NCBI RefSeq assembly: GCF_000981445.1
Contig: NC_027217.1
Span: forward strand, 1,364,001 to 1,428,000
Length of the DNA stretch: 64,000 bases
Reading direction: 5' to 3'
Source of the DNA: Babesia bigemina
Lineage: Eukaryota
Shown piece after piece: positions 53,067 to 64,000 of the stretch. The position numbers and the translations under genes are program-made. The notes under the pieces were generated by a model, which was given only the letters and a program-made list of their open reading frames with translations, had not been told where the DNA came from and did not search any database. Each line of letters starts with the position of its first letter. Position 1 is the stretch's first letter.

Positions 53067-53591
53067 CTACGTCGCCGCCATGCGCCTCCTGTGCTCGTAG
53101 AGGGCAGAAGCACAGCGCCGCGCAGTGCGATGCAGCTGAACACAATGTGAAGCACGACTGTCCACCAGTTCGGCCAACTCGATGTAGAGCTTCTGCAGGC
53201 GAATGGTGAGCAGGTAGATTTTTTCGCACAGCAGCAACTTCCGCTGCAGGTGCACCTTGACGGCCTGACGCTTCTTAACATTCAACGCGCTGAACCGCGA
53301 TTGCACGCGCAGCTCGAACAGCAACGCCTGCATCTTGTCCTCAGTCAGCTTCTTCGCGTGGTACTTGTCCGTTATCTCGCGCCGGAGCTCTTTGATCCGC
53401 TCCAAGTAGTCTCGCACCTTCTCTCGAAATGACGCTTCGCTGCTGAGTGAACCGGCGCAGTCAGCGCTCGAATACGCCGGCGCCGAGCCGTCCTTGTTGT
53501 AGAACATAAGGACGAAGTTGTCCACAATGGGCGCCTTCCTAGGACCGGACGACGGACGGCGCGTCCGCGCGGCGCCCGGCTCGTCAGCCAT
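53067..53591 (-). CDS. Hypothetical coiled-coil protein (~174 aa)
   Basis: ATG at 53591 (MADEPGAAR...); heptad-rich central region. Confidence 0.55.
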   Translation of the reverse strand: MADEPGAARTRRPSSGPRKAPIVDNFVLMFYNKDGSAPAYSSADCAGSLSSEASFREKVRDYLERIKELRREITDKYHAKKLTEDKMQALLFELRVQSRFSALNVKKRQAVKVHLQRKLLLCEKIYLLTIRLQKLYIELAELVDSRASHCVQLHRTARRCASALYEHRRRMAAT

Positions 53592-53840
53592 CGGTGACGA
53601 CCGACCGGTTAGTAAACTATCCACAGTTGCACATCACCGAGTTTGCGCGTCTAATTGGTCTGGAAGGTAGCGGGAATCCGAGGCAGGACAGTCGGGGCTG
53701 CGGCGGCGCTGAGCCCACCGCGCGTTAGCGCTAGACTGGAAGGTGTAGCTCGAACGCGCGCCAGTCGCTGAATCGAATGAACTGATAAACAGGGGCGATG
53801 TTGCCGTGGTTAGCCGCACGGCGCGCGCAGGGCGGCGCTG

Positions 53841-55177
53841 ATGTATTGCGGAGTGGCGAAACTCCGGCACATACTGCTCTTTAAATCGGTGCTGGGATGC
53901 CTGTTGCCAAAAGCAATAGAAGCCTTCGCTGTGCACACTAACACGCCCCTAGCCCCGTCATATGGCTACACGATGGCTGCGAGCCCATCGTTGTCTGAAG
54001 GGGACGCCAGGATGCGCAGCGAGTTGCCGGCCGCCGTTGCCGCCGACCCGCGGCCGTGGTTGCAGGGGGAGGCGCGAAGAGGAGCCAAACACCAACGACC
54101 CCTAGTACAAATAGCGCCAATGCTGGATGTGACGTATTTCGAATTCAGGTATACCAAGTGGCTGACCTTAATAAATCTGACAGGCAGTTCATGCGCCTCA
54201 TCACCAAGCGAGCGCAGCTGTGGTCGGAGATGATGCCGGACATGACGGTGATACACGGCGAGCGGAAGACGGTGGACGACATGCTCCATTGTGGCGCAAA
54301 CGAGCCTCCCGTGGTCCTGCAGCTGGGGGGGAACAACGCTGAGACCCTCAAGGAGGCCGCCGCAATCGCAGTGCCGTACGGGTACGACGAGGTTAACCTC
54401 AACGCAGGCTGCCCCTCCGCGAGGGTGTCAGGAAAGGGGTGCTTCGGGGCGGCGTTGATGAACGACGCCCGCCTGGTGAGGGACATACTCTGCGAACTCA
54501 GGAAGGCTGTCACCGTTCCAGTCACGGTGAAGCACAGACTGGGAGTGGATCACAAGGACAGCTACGAGTTCCTGCGCGAATTCGTAACTACGGTCGCGGA
54601 GTCGGGGTGCGACCACTTCATAGTGCACGCAAGGAAGGCGTGGCTTAACGGGATCAACCCGAAGAAAAACCGCTCAATACCTCCGCTTGACCACGAGCGT
54701 GTCTACAGGCTGTGCCAGGAGTTCCCGCAACTTAACTTCACGCTCAACGGGGGCGTCAAGTCGCTTAACGAGGTCAAGGAAGCGCTAGGCAGAGGCGCAT
54801 ACGGCGTCATGATCGGCCGGATGGCCTACGACAACCCCTGCGAACTGGCCAGGGTGGACACGGACATCTACGGCGAAGCCGAGAATCCCGCCACCTGCAA
54901 AACACGCCGGGCGCTCCTGGAGGCGTACGCGGACTTCGTGGACGCCACCGCTGACAGAAACGCGGATATGCACGTCTGCATGATCGTCAAGCCCATACTG
55001 GGCACCTTCTACGGCGAGCACGGCACGCGGACCTTCAGGCAGGCGCTTTCCGACATGGCCGCCTACGAAGATCTCAATTTCCACAAGGGCAAGACGAAAC
55101 ACGCGCAGTACATACACCGCGCCATAGAGATCATGGAGGTCGTGAACCCCGACGCCCTTGATCGCAACCTCCACTGA
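53841..55177 (+). CDS. dusA: tRNA-dihydrouridine synthase, DusA type (intron 54149-54183)
   Basis: IAPMLDVT...FR spliced to QFMRLIT; LQLGGN, YDEVNLNAGCPS, VKHRLG, VHARKAWL...NRSIPPL, NGG and GVMIGR. The N-terminal extension resembles a targeting peptide. Confidence 0.9.
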
Positions 55178-56142
55178 GCGTGTCCGACAGCGGCGATGTG
55201 TACACGGCTGTAACATCCGTCGCAATCTACAAGCGAACCCAGTGTAAAAAGAACGATAGTCACACAGTCATGGTTGTCGAAGCGATCGGTCCATCCGCGC
55301 AGCGGATCCGCGTGTGCTCGCGGTACCGCAGTGACCCCCGCTACCGTGCTATGCTAAATACACACATAGCGCCTTCCTTCATGCAGAGGCGAATGGCGAG
55401 AGCGTCATAGCGCTATAATACGATTGACATAGTGGCGAACTTTAGAGGCGCTGCGTCCGCCACGCTCAGACTGCCTTCGTTGGAACGCTGACATCTCACA
55501 GCCTTCCAGTTCTTCTCACACCGATTGGGCTACGCTCGAATTATTTCGCTCTTTGTACGTAGGGTTTCGTGGAATGGTGGTTCGGGGGAGCCTGTAATAT
55601 CCGAGATCGCTACGTGACAGTCATCGCAAGGGGCAGCGTTAACGTAAGGTTAGTTGTACGCCTATCGTTTACTACACTCGGAGCTCTGGCTCCGCAGTCA
55701 CAATCGTGTTATTCCCGTATTCGTGAAGCCTACGCTGTTAGTATGCGCGCGGTGTACATACGGGTATGCGGAGGCGGCGGTATTATGCCATATTGACGGC
55801 TCTCTTATGTGTTCTGTGTTCGGCTGCGCGATTCAGGTGTTGCTGTCGCTGGATCGGTTATGCTGGGTATGGCCGCATGACTCCTCAATGATGCCCGTAG
55901 TCGCCATCCATGCTGACATGGTTGTGGCACTAAATTTTGCGTGCTTTACGGTCTGACATTCGGCAATCGTCTTATATGATACGGCTCCGATCATCCAATG
56001 CCGCGGCGGTGTCGGTTGAATGACCGGACTGTGCTTTCCTGATGCCGTTATTGAACGGCTATATCCACGGCGCCCGTTGTGTGATGTTCCGATGCGACGT
56101 TGAGACTGCCACTTACGTTGTCACAGGTTTGTATCCAGCAAG

Positions 56143-57351
56143 ATGGAGTGGACAACGCGGAATCTCAGGCCCTCGATAGACATCGTCAGCCTCACCAGCA
56201 GCAAGATGGTGTTCATATTGCTCAACGCGGACGTCGCGACGGCGAACGCGATGCGGCGGATCATGCTCAGCGAAATACCGACGCTCGCCATTGAGGTGGT
56301 GACGATACTGGAGAACACGTCGGTGTTGCACGACGAGTACCTCGCCCACCGACTCGGCCTGCTGCCCATCGACTCCAGGAACGCTCGCAGCTTCGAGTAC
56401 AGAGACAAGTGCAACTGCAGCGACAAATGCTCCCGGTGCACTGTGGAGTACTCGCTGGACGTCAAGTGCCAGGGCGAGTCGCGGGTCGTCACGCACTACG
56501 ACATCAAGCTGGACAGCTGGGACAACGCGCGTGGCGCCGCAGCGGCGCCCATGCCCGTACCTAGGCCCAGCGTGGACACGTTGGCCGGCACATACGGCAA
56601 CACCTCGTACGCAGCGATGGACGGGTCGATGGAAAACAATGCCAATGCCTCAGCGCACTGGATGGAGGCGCCCACCGAGAGCGCGCAGTCGGCCGTCGGC
56701 GGGGCGGCGTCCTCCGGAGCAGCGTACCACGGCAGCGCGTACGACCAGCCACGCACCAAGGATTTCGAGGATGCAGCCGCGCCCACAGGGGGAATACCCA
56801 TAGTCAAACTCAAGCGCGGCCAGGCGATCAGCATGAAGATGACGGCGACCAAGGGGATGGGCAAGTTCCACGCTAAGTGGATGGTCGCCAACGTCGCGTA
56901 CAAAATGGAACCGATCATCACCATCAACAAGCATGAGGCGGAGAAGCTCACGCTGGAGGACAAGACGCTCATCGTGAACAGCTGCCCGCGCAAGGTGTTC
57001 AAGCTCAGCAGCCCGAAGAGCATGTTCTCGAGCACCACCAAGTCCGAGCTGGTTGTCGAGAACCTCCTCGACTGCATCTACTGCGATGAGTGCCTCAATC
57101 AGGCCCGCGAAATGGGCGTGAGGGACCTGATACGCATCCAGCCCGACGAGACCAAGTTCCACTTCACCGTGGAATCCAACGGCGCCATACAGCCGGAAAA
57201 AATTCTGGAGATCTGCCTGATCACGCTGGAGGAAAAGCTGGCGGGGCTGCAGCAGCACTTTTTGGAGGCGCAGGCGCGCAGCCTTGGCACGAAGTCGCAG
57301 TCGACGGGCAGGCCGGGGGCGCCGCAGCCGAGGGGGATCGACCTCGACTGA
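56143..57351 (+). CDS. RPB3: DNA-directed RNA polymerase II subunit RPB3
   Basis: ANAMRRIMLSEIPTLAIE, NTSVLHDEYLAHRLGLLP, CxCxxxCxxC Zn site, IVKLKRGQ, KGMGKFHAKW and FHFTVESNG. Confidence 0.95.
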   Translation: MEWTTRNLRPSIDIVSLTSSKMVFILLNADVATANAMRRIMLSEIPTLAIEVVTILENTSVLHDEYLAHRLGLLPIDSRNARSFEYRDKCNCSDKCSRCTVEYSLDVKCQGESRVVTHYDIKLDSWDNARGAAAAPMPVPRPSVDTLAGTYGNTSYAAMDGSMENNANASAHWMEAPTESAQSAVGGAASSGAAYHGSAYDQPRTKDFEDAAAPTGGIPIVKLKRGQAISMKMTATKGMGKFHAKWMVANVAYKMEPIITINKHEAEKLTLEDKTLIVNSCPRKVFKLSSPKSMFSSTTKSELVVENLLDCIYCDECLNQAREMGVRDLIRIQPDETKFHFTVESNGAIQPEKILEICLITLEEKLAGLQQHFLEAQARSLGTKSQSTGRPGAPQPRGIDLD

Positions 57352-57723
57352 GCGCCAACGGCCGGCCGTGCTGGAGCCTAAGCGGCATGGAAGTCAAACC
57401 CAGGATCACACGGCAGCCTTAGTGGCAGTATGCTTTGGCAGCGCCAGCTTCGCTGCGTACGTAAGCACTCGAGTAGGTGCAAACAACGGGTCACACACCC
57501 CCGGACTCCATACCTAAGGCATGGCCGTGCGGCCCTTACGTCAACATCGCATGATACTTAACGAATTTACAACGTGCGTTACACTGGGTGTGTGGAGTCG
57601 GTGTGGCGTTGCCGGCGCTAATCTCTCGTCAAGCCCGCAGACGTGTCTGGGCGGTGATGCGGCAGTGCTGCAACGTTCACGGGAATCGCGCGACGCCTCG
57701 ATGTAGCACTGCCGGCAGCGAAA

Positions 57724-58995
57724 ATGTACGAGGAGAACGCTGTTAGGAGCCACTCCAACGCTGTATTCAACGAAATAAGGAACACGCCGCTGGAATCACT
57801 CAACACGCAGACCTTTAGGAGCAGCATCGCCGCCGCCATACGCCTGAGTTCGGAAGGCGCAGCGGACGACGACGCCAGTGGAAATCAGAGGTTGCAGGAG
57901 GCGTTGCGCATCGCAGGCATATACAAAGTCCACTTCCTGCCGCCGTGCAGCGATCTGCACCATGCAGGCCAGGCGACGGTGTACACGTTCGACGGATTCC
58001 CAGGTATCGCGACGCGCAGCACGACTCGATGCATCACAGGGTTGTATCTGGTGAGAAACTACCTCACGGAAGCGCAGTGCGAAAGGCTCATGTGCCGGAC
58101 GCTCACCGAGTACATCAACGTGAGCTGCGACTGCCACAGCATAACCCACGCTCAGCCGCCTAACAACAGCAACATCTACCAGAACGACAGGGCTCTCTGC
58201 ACACCGATATGGCGTTAGTTGGCGTTACATGCAGCTCAGATTGCGCAGCGTCCGCCAACTTCAAAAAGCTCAGATGGGCGACCATCGGGCACATGTACGA
58301 GTGAGCCGCACCGATGCAGTTCTAAAGCTACGCAGCTGGGGCACGAGGAGTTACCGCGGTTACAGCGCATTCCCCGAGCCGCTGGTCAAGATAACGCAGT
58401 CGCTCTTATCGCATTTCAACCGCGAATACGTGCCCGACGTGAGTGTCGACGGTGCCGGCAACACCCCCCGCAGGCGGCAATCATCAACTGCTACACGAAG
58501 GGCTACTTCCTGCGCCTCCACAAGGATGACGCGGAGGAGACTGACGACACCGTGGTCAACATCAGCCTCGGAGCACCGGCCATATTCACCATCGGCGGCC
58601 GCGACTACAGGTGGGACAAGCCAGTGAGCCATCTCATTGTAGAAACAGCACCATACCCGTGGCCATGGTGGTCGATTCGGGCTCGGTTGTGCTCATGGCG
58701 GAAGACTCCAGGTTCTGCCTGCACGGTAGGGCGACATGCTAAAATGTACACTCGACATTCAGGCGTAGTCAAGTTGCTGGGGTACAACAAGCCCGGCCGT
58801 CACGATTGCGACGCCGGCGGCACCAGTGATGTGGGTGACTCCGCGTACGCGGCGCCCCGCCTGAGCATGGTCATCCCGCGGTGCGGTGACGACGCGACCG
58901 CATCGCTGGAATGCGACCCGGAGTCCCTCGATAGCGTGAAAAGGCTCTTCGCCGATCATCGAGTGTCCATCAGCATCAGGCGCGCCAAACGCTGA
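57724..58995 (+). CDS. ALKBH1: AlkB-family 2OG-Fe(II) dioxygenase, ALKBH1-like, many short introns
   Basis: Spliced segments LRWATIGHMY, AAIINCY...LHKDDAE (HxD), ISLGAPAIF, SRFCLHG and RVSISIR; exon borders approximate. Confidence 0.8.
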
Positions 58996-59004
58996 CATGC
59001 GCCA

Positions 59005-61068
59005 CTAATTTGACTTTAGAATTGCGTCAAGCATGTCGTGTACCACATGCGGGGTAACGACGCCGTCACCGCGGTACTCGTGGTGTCCCAGCACATAGTC
59101 GCGGATCTCCTGCGAATTCGTTGCGCTGGCACCGTACGCCCGGTGCTTCAGCACGTTGAGGTAGTCGATTTGCAAATCGTACGACTGCTGCGATAGCGCT
59201 CCCGAGGACAGCTCATGGGCCAAATGGGTCGCGCAGCGAGCGAAGAGGCCCAGCTTGTCCTCGTCGAAGAAAATCTCGCGGAGAGTGTAGCGCCCTACTT
59301 CGCCGCTGCCACGACTCAGGTCAGTGACGAAGTGGAATTTGTGGTTCGTTATGGCGTCCTGGCTGTCCGACGCCTCCATGTTCTCGTGGACCAGCGACAT
59401 CGGCATGTACAGGTTCCAGCGCTCCTTCAGCATGACACGCACCAGCAGTGCGATCGCGCACGCCAGGCCCGCGGACTCCTTGTCGCGCAGCTGCGCCTCG
59501 CAACACCGAAACTCCACGCGCCACGGAATGGGGTATCCGCTGCCCTTCAATGGAGGCGGCTTCAGACGCACCGTGTTCCAGTTGGTGCTCTGGAACGACT
59601 CGAAGTGCTCGTCCGTGCTGTGGATGTCGACCGCGTCTAAGTCCTGCTCAAAAGCCACCAGGGGGTCCCGCGACAGGATGGCGGAGAAGTGCCGCGCGAT
59701 CACACGGTCCATACCTGCGGAGACGCACGCATCGTAGACGTCCGGTCGCGATGGGACGAGCACGTCGTTCAAGCGCTTATAGTGCGCCAGCAGGTACGGA
59801 TCGAGCGATACGAACAGCGACGCCGTGGAGAACCTGGAGAACGGCACGCGCTCAAGCTCATCGTCGCGGCGGTCGTCGACCGACTGCGAGAGCACCCGCC
59901 AACGCGTCGTATGGGACGACATGGTGCCCTTGAACACCGCGGTGGCCGCTGTCAGCGCAAGGAACAGCGGCGACAGCACCGCCAGTTGGTCGTAGAGGTA
60001 TCGAGCCTCCAGTTCATCGATGCAGCTGAAGGTCTCCTGAAGGCAGCACATGCCCATTCCGAACGCCATGGCGTCCATGTAAATCGGGTCGTGATTGGCG
60101 GCAGCGACGACAGGTATTTTATCCTGATTACGCACATCGCTGCTTGCTATTACGCTGTCGATTTCTCTGCGCAGGTCGGCGTCACCAATATGGTTGGCAG
60201 GGTCCAGAAACGCCGACGACAGCGCCGCCTCAGCTTCCTTGCGGAAATCGAAGCTCAGGTTCACGCCAGTGCGTGAACCAAGCACCAGTTTCTCATCCGT
60301 AGCAGCCGCTGTACCCTCCACAGCGCGCGGTGCAAGCGGCGAATGCGGATCAGCAGCCGGAGCCTTGGTGGGCGGGGCGCCGGTAGCAGGCGCAACGCGC
60401 GCAGATGCCCCTGGTGGTATAATACAGGCGTTCTGGACGAACGGAGGCGATTTGATATGCACCTTCTTACCCCTGCGCAGGCGTATGTTGCGCGCCAGCG
60501 TTACAAAACGGGGGTGAGGGTTCACCAGCACGTCGCCGCAAAACTCGCTCAGCATCACCGGTTGCTGAGGGGGCTTGATCATTGGATGTTCGAAAACGGA
60601 GTCGGGCGTGCCCAGCAGCGGGAACGACGTTAGCGTGAACGGATGTACGTCGGTAATGCCCAAGCGCTCCAATCCGAGGCGTATGTGACGGCGTGCTCCA
60701 CTGAACCATTCAAACACCTCAGTCGTGTTATCCTTATCCAAAATCCATGGCGTACCAGGAGTTCCCTCCACCATGAACGCTCCGAATTCGGGCATGAAAA
60801 TGAACTGGCCGGCATCGTGCTCGAGCGGAACGGGGATCTTTTCCAACAACAGAGGAGCGCATGGCACGAGCCTCGCCGAACGGGCAGCCGGGTCCAAGTG
60901 AATGAGCATGTACTCGCACTCGTGGCCGAACCAACGGGTGGCGTCCTTGCGGTCGTGGTTATTCAGGTAGCATCGCAGGACCTCCAGAGTGCCAAGCAGG
61001 CGAATGCGATTGGCGAGCTTGGCCGTCTCCTCATGACTCAGAGGGGCTCCGACCGTCAAGTATCCCAT
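59005..61068 (-). CDS. GSH1: Gamma-glutamylcysteine synthetase (glutamate-cysteine ligase catalytic subunit)
   Basis: MGYLTVGAPLS, WFGHECEY, PEFGAFMVEGTPG, IYMDAMAFGMGMCCLQ, QSTNWNTVRLKPPP and WRVEFR. Confidence 0.95.
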   Translation of the reverse strand: MGYLTVGAPLSHEETAKLANRIRLLGTLEVLRCYLNNHDRKDATRWFGHECEYMLIHLDPAARSARLVPCAPLLLEKIPVPLEHDAGQFIFMPEFGAFMVEGTPGTPWILDKDNTTEVFEWFSGARRHIRLGLERLGITDVHPFTLTSFPLLGTPDSVFEHPMIKPPQQPVMLSEFCGDVLVNPHPRFVTLARNIRLRRGKKVHIKSPPFVQNACIIPPGASARVAPATGAPPTKAPAADPHSPLAPRAVEGTAAATDEKLVLGSRTGVNLSFDFRKEAEAALSSAFLDPANHIGDADLRREIDSVIASSDVRNQDKIPVVAAANHDPIYMDAMAFGMGMCCLQETFSCIDELEARYLYDQLAVLSPLFLALTAATAVFKGTMSSHTTRWRVLSQSVDDRRDDELERVPFSRFSTASLFVSLDPYLLAHYKRLNDVLVPSRPDVYDACVSAGMDRVIARHFSAILSRDPLVAFEQDLDAVDIHSTDEHFESFQSTNWNTVRLKPPPLKGSGYPIPWRVEFRCCEAQLRDKESAGLACAIALLVRVMLKERWNLYMPMSLVHENMEASDSQDAITNHKFHFVTDLSRGSGEVGRYTLREIFFDEDKLGLFARCATHLAHELSSGALSQQSYDLQIDYLNVLKHRAYGASATNSQEIRDYVLGHHEYRGDGVVTPHVVHDMLDAILKSN

Positions 61069-61332
61069 ATCAGCAGTATTTGTATGTCACGTTTATTGTA
61101 GGTGGGAGTGAATCCGGCGCATTGGCCGCGGTGGCTAAAACGAAGCAGTTCGCGGATACGAAAACTTACACATGGCTCTTGCCAAGAGTGTGCCTCTAAA
61201 ACATACTATTATACATATTAATCATGCCACAAGGCACGCTAAAATATTCTTAGCTGTCGCTATGACAAATGGAAATCTGACTAACCGCATGGAATCCGCG
61301 TACACATAGGTGGCCCACGCGTGCTTCCATGA

Positions 61333-62739
61333 ATGTCGCCGATGTCCACTGCGACACCGACATTGGCCGGCATGAAAATCAGTTTCGGGCTGTCATCGGC
61401 GGCGGCAAAGCCTGCTGACGCCGGCAGGGTGGCGAAGCCGGCGGCGTCGAAGTTCTTCGAAGCCGTGCCAGAGACGAAGCAGGCAGTTAAACGTGTCAAA
61501 GTCACGGAAATGGAAAATGGGCTGCTCAGAACGACACATGACGCAGATGGCGGCTACGGTACGCTTGAATCCGGTGCCTCCGACGGGCTATGCGTTATCC
61601 CATGCACCAATCGCCTGGATGATGTGGCAGCACGCACGGATGAACCGCAGCATACGGCGAAGAAAGCGCCGATAGAGATAAAATATGGGTTGAACCTAAT
61701 GTGCCCTGTTAAAAAGGGTCTGCAAAAGGCTACGGACGCTGCACAAGTGGCTGAGATCGAAGCTGCTACAGTTGTTGGAAATGCCAACGACACCAATCGC
61801 ATGAATCAATTTTGTCAACAGCCGCGAAGCGAGCGCGGCAACGAGACATCCGAAGCGTCTCGTCAATCAAATGTAGTGGAAAATAGCAATGAGGCTGAAG
61901 CCAATACATCAGCAACTCAGGCTACCCAGCGTCACATGGCTCCACAACAGGCGCCAGCCCCCATCGCAACGCCGTCCACAGACGCAGATGTCGCGAAGCT
62001 CATATTAGCCGACGTCGAGCAGCAGAAGCTACGTGAGAAACTGTTCGGAACAGACCTGGTGGAGCAGGCGGCCAAGACAACACCGATCCTCCTGCGTGGC
62101 AAAAACAAGAAACGTCAGCTGCAGACCGACCCCGAAGCAAGCGACGCCAGTGACCACGAACCGGCGTACGAAAAGGTGGCAGTGGACCAATTTGGCCTCG
62201 CCATGTTGCTGGGGATGGGATTCGACCCCAAGAAGAACACCAACAAGCCCAAGGAGTACAAGAGACGGGTATACGAAAGAGCCGGTTTAGGCGCGGACGC
62301 GAGCATGAAGCAGAACATGGAAGCGCTCACGGATACCCGCGTGATGGCTAAGCTCAAAAAGGACCAGATGTACCACCAGTCGCACAGCCCACATGCGGGG
62401 AGCACCTGGGTGCTCCCGGGGCTGCAGGTGCGCGTTGTCCAGCGTGACCACGCCAACTTCGGCAAGAAGGGCGTCGTCGGCAAAGTTAACGGCGTCGAGG
62501 CTATTCTGGATGTGGGCGGGTTGCCAGTGACGGTGCCTGCGGCGTATTTGGAGACGGTGGTGGCGCAGGGCGCCACCAGGTGCAAGGTGGTCCGGCAAAT
62601 CGCCAGGCACAACGAAAAGTTCTATGTGCCTATAGGCACCGTCGTCGACGTTGAGACAGTCACGAAAACGTACGCGAAGGTCCGATTCCGTGGACAGACC
62701 TTCACAGTCTCGCTCGACGACATTTGCGAGTTCCAGTGA
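61333..62739 (+). CDS. GPKOW: G-patch and KOW domain splicing factor (Spp2/MOS2/GPKOW)
   Basis: YEKVAVDQFGLAMLLGMGF...GLGA is an Spp2-type G-patch; WVLPGLQVRVV...GKKGVV...YLETVV is KOW-like. Confidence 0.8.
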   Translation: MSPMSTATPTLAGMKISFGLSSAAAKPADAGRVAKPAASKFFEAVPETKQAVKRVKVTEMENGLLRTTHDADGGYGTLESGASDGLCVIPCTNRLDDVAARTDEPQHTAKKAPIEIKYGLNLMCPVKKGLQKATDAAQVAEIEAATVVGNANDTNRMNQFCQQPRSERGNETSEASRQSNVVENSNEAEANTSATQATQRHMAPQQAPAPIATPSTDADVAKLILADVEQQKLREKLFGTDLVEQAAKTTPILLRGKNKKRQLQTDPEASDASDHEPAYEKVAVDQFGLAMLLGMGFDPKKNTNKPKEYKRRVYERAGLGADASMKQNMEALTDTRVMAKLKKDQMYHQSHSPHAGSTWVLPGLQVRVVQRDHANFGKKGVVGKVNGVEAILDVGGLPVTVPAAYLETVVAQGATRCKVVRQIARHNEKFYVPIGTVVDVETVTKTYAKVRFRGQTFTVSLDDICEFQ

Positions 62740-62850
62740 CCCGTGGGAAGAGCCTCACGCTACACATTTAGCAGCACAGACAGCCAATAGTAATGGCATA
62801 TCGCAACTCTGTAGCCGAACGTAGCTGCTCTGGCCTTTGGCATATCTAGA

Positions 62851-64000
62851 ATGATTACCAGGAAGGCGATGTGCAGGCGCGCGTGGCGCGGTGGCTGCCA
62901 CGCCTCCGCGCTAGCAACTCGGCGCTACAGCGGCCTGGCGAATTCCGTCAGCCTGGAAGTGGCGCGCGCCTGTAGCCTCTGGGCGAGGAGGGAGCCCAGG
63001 GTGGTGGCTGGCAAGAACTCGGCTGGCAGCGACATCATGCTCCTGGCTGCCAGACACCTCGGACTCCCGGATTCCGAGCAGCTATGGCGACTCTCACCGC
63101 AGTCCCGGCAGGGCAGGTTGCCCAGCGTGGTCAGCCATACGAAAATAGTCTACCAGGATGCCGTTGCCGGCGACCGCGACGGACAGCATAACGACATATG
63201 GCTGGGCCACGCAAGATACCGTAGCTACATTGCCCTCACGATGCACGGGCCCTCGGGAGTAGGCGGTTTGGACTGGTGGGCAGGCCTGGGTGACAAGGCT
63301 GCCACGTTGGAGGCAGGGGAGTGCGTTGATTCGTTAATGCGTAGCGACGCCACCAGCGGTGAAGGGGTCAACCATGCGGAGGGCGACCCAACGTCGCGCA
63401 CGGACACCACGATATTCGTGTATCCCTACTCCAGAAAAAGCTCGCAGCTAATCGTGGAGACGCTGAATAAGCATCGCAAGGGGCTGACGGAAACGGATAT
63501 ACGCAGCCTTATCTACCTATGCGGTTCCACCGGCAGCAGCAGGGCGCTGAGGTTCCTGGGCCAGCTGATACGCGAACAGTGCAGAGGTAAAGAAACTGCA
63601 AGCGCCATCCATCGCGTGGAGGAGCATGCGTGGCCCTGGATGAACCACGGCTCGATGGACAACGTTGCCCAGATAGGGGTACCCGTAGTGCTCGACGCAC
63701 TGGCCAGCGCCGCGATAATACAGTACACCTTCGAAAAGGAGAGTGCCGTTTTCGACTACATAGGCTCCCAGTTGCAGAAGCTCGATGCGAAGATAAAGGA
63801 GGAAGGCGCGGCCGTGGCTGACGAGGTCAAGGCACTGGACGAGGCGGTACTCAGCCGCGTGGTTAACCTGCTGGTGCTCAAGAGGAACCTGTCGCAGTTC
63901 AACAGCGACCACATCAGGGTATTCAGCGATTTCATCTGCGACCGGTTGCACCGAATTGACCCCAGAAGCGTCGCCAACATCGCCTTCTCTCTCGGGCACT
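62851..64000 (+). CDS. Partial helical-repeat (OPR/RAP-like) protein, probably mitochondrial; runs off window end
   Basis: Open frame from ATG 62851 (Arg-rich MITRKAMCRRAWRGG... presequence) to the window end, which reads ...IDPRSVANIAFSLGH, resembling the OPR repeat 'P+xLANxxWAL'. Confidence 0.6.
   Translation, partial: MITRKAMCRRAWRGGCHASALATRRYSGLANSVSLEVARACSLWARREPRVVAGKNSAGSDIMLLAARHLGLPDSEQLWRLSPQSRQGRLPSVVSHTKIVYQDAVAGDRDGQHNDIWLGHARYRSYIALTMHGPSGVGGLDWWAGLGDKAATLEAGECVDSLMRSDATSGEGVNHAEGDPTSRTDTTIFVYPYSRKSSQLIVETLNKHRKGLTETDIRSLIYLCGSTGSSRALRFLGQLIREQCRGKETASAIHRVEEHAWPWMNHGSMDNVAQIGVPVVLDALASAAIIQYTFEKESAVFDYIGSQLQKLDAKIKEEGAAVADEVKALDEAVLSRVVNLLVLKRNLSQFNSDHIRVFSDFICDRLHRIDPRSVANIAFSLGH

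Overview
This is eukaryotic parasite DNA: a gene-dense, GC-rich piroplasm chromosome segment, most likely Babesia sensu stricto. That call is inferred from the ~35-40 nt GT-AG introns, an FNPA/LAP5-type gene, an apicomplexan-type sortilin and a GPI surface-antigen family; the species cannot be determined from the sequence. Housekeeping genes include sortilin/VPS10, FNPA, CWF18, an RFTS-DDT-WHIM chromatin protein, NFS1, a CS-domain protein, DusA, RPB3, ALKBH1, gamma-glutamylcysteine synthetase, a G-patch/KOW protein and a partial helical-repeat protein. Two co-oriented (minus-strand) antigen loci are present: two GPI-anchored antigen genes at 1-2869 and a ~19.5 kb AT-richer island at 29473-48926. 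The island is bracketed by a 1121-bp direct repeat whose two breakpoints reciprocally truncate two neighbouring genes. It holds two more GPI antigens; three acidic secreted proteins (two with family-like N-termini, the third their diverged paralogue), each trailed by an orphan GPI-tail relic; and two secreted basic disordered proteins. The basic pair have near-identical flanks but very different interiors, a CGSCCKKKR tail and SILK/RVxF PP1-docking-like motifs. A mosaic intergenic cassette of up to ~0.9 kb occurs in 8 full or partial copies and ties both loci together. No rRNA, tRNA, CRISPR or transposase was recognised.
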